Below, piece by piece: positions 62,379-64,000 of a stretch of DNA of 64,000 nucleotides. This stretch comes from Candidatus Paralactobacillus gallistercoris (GTDB taxonomy: Bacteria; Bacillota; Bacilli; Lactobacillales; Lactobacillaceae), in the NCBI GenBank assembly GCA_018883675.1, contig JAHLFS010000063.1, forward strand, positions 8,104 through 72,103, in the 5' to 3' direction. The number at the start of each line of letters is the position of its first letter. Positions within the stretch are counted from its first letter, which is position 1. The position numbers and the translations under genes were made by a program. The notes below the pieces were generated by a model. It did not search any database. It was not told where the DNA came from and saw nothing but the letters and a program-made list of their open reading frames with translations.

Positions 62379-64000
62379 TTATTGAACCGTTACACTCTTA
62401 GCTAAATTACGTGGTTGATCAACATTTAAGCCGCGTTCCAAACTTGCATAATATGCAAGTAATTGAGCAGGAACAACAGACAATAGCGGTGTTAGTAAAG
62501 TAGCTACATCCGGAATAATTACTGCATCAGTATCATCAGCAAGAGATTTAGCAGCAATTGTTAAAGTATGCGCACCACGTGCAATTACTTCTTCAACATT
62601 ACTCCGCATTGGTAATGCTGTTTCTGGATCAGTTACAAATCCAACAACTGGTGTGCCTTTTTCAATTAAAGCAATTGTGCCATGTTTTAATTCCCCAGCG
62701 GCAAAGCCTTCGGCGTGAATGTAAGAAATTTCTTTCAATTTTAATGCTGCTTCTAAACTGACATAATAATCTTGACCACGGCCAATATAAAATGCATTTT
62801 GATGATCAGCAAAGTAATCATGGGCTAATTGTTTAATTTTATCTTTTTGATCAACTAAAGTTTGCATGCCATTAGCAACTTCACTTAATTGTTGTTTTAA
62901 CGGGAATTCTTTAGCAGTAGTAATATTATTAGCAATTCCTAACGCTTTAGCAAAAATTGCTTCCAACGCAATTTGCGCCGTATATGCTTTTGTTGATGCA
63001 ACCGCAATTTCAGGACCAGCCAATAAATCTAAACTAAACGTTGCTTCTCGTGCTAAGGTTGAATTAGCAACATTAGTCATCGTTAAACTCAACATGTTTT
63101 GTTGATTAATTTCTGATAATACTAAGCGACTATCAGCCGTTTCGCCACTTTGTGATAAGAACAAGAAACCGGGCTTAGCACTCAATAACGGCATGTGATA
63201 ACCAGCTTCTGACGCTAAGAGTACACTAGTAGGAATATTAGCCCATTGTTCAAAGAAGGCTTTACCAACTAAACCAGCATGATAACTGGTGCCTGCTGCT
63301 ACAATGTATAAGTGATCAATTTGGGCAAAACGTTGAATTAAAGTAGCGTCAAATTGCGGTTCACCATTTTGATTTAAGTAATTAGTAAGTAAACGCCGAA
63401 TAACAACAGGTTCTTCGTCGATTTCCTTAAGCATATAGTATGGATATGCACCCTTATCAGCGGCATTAGCATCTAACTTAATTGTTTTTGGTTTAACGTT
63501 AATAACATTACCATCGTAGTCTTCAATTGTTTGCGTATCAGCCGTCAAAATACCAATTTCTTTATCGCGCATTTCAATAAATTTATTAGTATAGTGAATC
63601 ATTGCTAAAACATCAGATGATACTAACGTAAAACCATTAGCAATACCAATCAATAATGGTGTTTGGTTTTTAGCTACGTATAATTTTTCAGGATCTTTAC
63701 TATCAACCATAATAATGGAGTATGAACCATCTAATAATTTTAAGGTCTTAACCAAAGCATCCTTGGTAGTTAAATGATCATCATGTGCAAACTTAGCAAT
63801 CATTTGAACAATAATTTCACTATCAGTTTGACTAGTTAACGGAATACCTTGTAAATATTTATCGCGTAATTGTTGATAATTATCAATTACCCCATTATGG
63901 ATCATGTAATAACGACCATCATATGACTTAAACGGATGTGCATTAGCATCGCTTGGTTCACCATGCGTAGCCCAGCGTGTGTGTCCTAGACCAACCATAC
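62379..64000 (-). CDS. glmS: Glutamine--fructose-6-phosphate aminotransferase GlmS (partial; the N-terminus lies beyond the window end)
   Basis: Part of the glutaminase domain plus two SIS domains, with C-terminus DQPRNLAKSVTVQ. The frame is open to the window edge. Confidence 0.97.
   Translation of the reverse strand, partial: MVGLGHTRWATHGEPSDANAHPFKSYDGRYYMIHNGVIDNYQQLRDKYLQGIPLTSQTDSEIIVQMIAKFAHDDHLTTKDALVKTLKLLDGSYSIIMVDSKDPEKLYVAKNQTPLLIGIANGFTLVSSDVLAMIHYTNKFIEMRDKEIGILTADTQTIEDYDGNVINVKPKTIKLDANAADKGAYPYYMLKEIDEEPVVIRRLLTNYLNQNGEPQFDATLIQRFAQIDHLYIVAAGTSYHAGLVGKAFFEQWANIPTSVLLASEAGYHMPLLSAKPGFLFLSQSGETADSRLVLSEINQQNMLSLTMTNVANSTLAREATFSLDLLAGPEIAVASTKAYTAQIALEAIFAKALGIANNITTAKEFPLKQQLSEVANGMQTLVDQKDKIKQLAHDYFADHQNAFYIGRGQDYYVSLEAALKLKEISYIHAEGFAAGELKHGTIALIEKGTPVVGFVTDPETALPMRSNVEEVIARGAHTLTIAAKSLADDTDAVIIPDVATLLTPLLSVVPAQLLAYYASLERGLNVDQPRNLAKSVTVQ

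Noticed and set aside
62379-64000. glmS ribozyme.
   Set aside because: The ribozyme lies in the 5' UTR of glmS. The gene runs off the window end at 64000 with its N-terminus missing, so the ribozyme region is not in this window and cannot be assessed.

Overview
AT-rich, gene-dense chromosomal backbone of a low-GC Bacillota genome. Gene order looks like Lactobacillaceae; this taxon call is inferred from synteny and protein motifs only. About 85% of genes are on the minus strand. Contents in order: (1) a dcw cell-wall and division cluster (rsmH-ftsL-pbp2B-mraY-murD-murG-divIB) that lacks mraZ; (2) mreBCD-minCD, radC, and a cysteine desulfurase-thiI-valS unit; (3) ezrA, rpsD, and a usp locus preceded by a structured non-coding spacer; (4) rodA, yidD, an mreB paralog, and the full F1Fo ATP synthase operon (atpBEFHAGDC, no atpI); (5) upp, tsaC/sua5, prmC, prfA, tdk, and a murT with no adjacent gatD; (6) two solitary tRNA genes, Glu-CUC and Gln-CUG, bracketing a 4-gene block; (7) guaD-like deaminase, pgi, ltaS, an OmpR/HK two-component pair, and a HAD-GT2-small membrane trio; (8) two amino-acid permeases, a complete comGA-GG pseudopilus operon plus a YtxK-like methyltransferase, then yebC, pepF and the 3' part of glmS. 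I found no CRISPR array, IS or transposase, integrase, prophage, restriction or toxin-antitoxin module, or recognisable defence island, so this is essentially a housekeeping region. The items most worth follow-up are RNA-level or regulatory: a Lacto-usp/6S-like structured RNA upstream of a hypothetical-usp operon, and an unclassified ~190-nt terminator-containing leader upstream of an APC permease. Also of interest are the two stand-alone C34 tRNAs (one with a U1:G72 pair next to orphan murT) and several synteny deletions (mraZ, folC, gatD, valS T-box). All are moderate-interest hypotheses made by eye without database searches.
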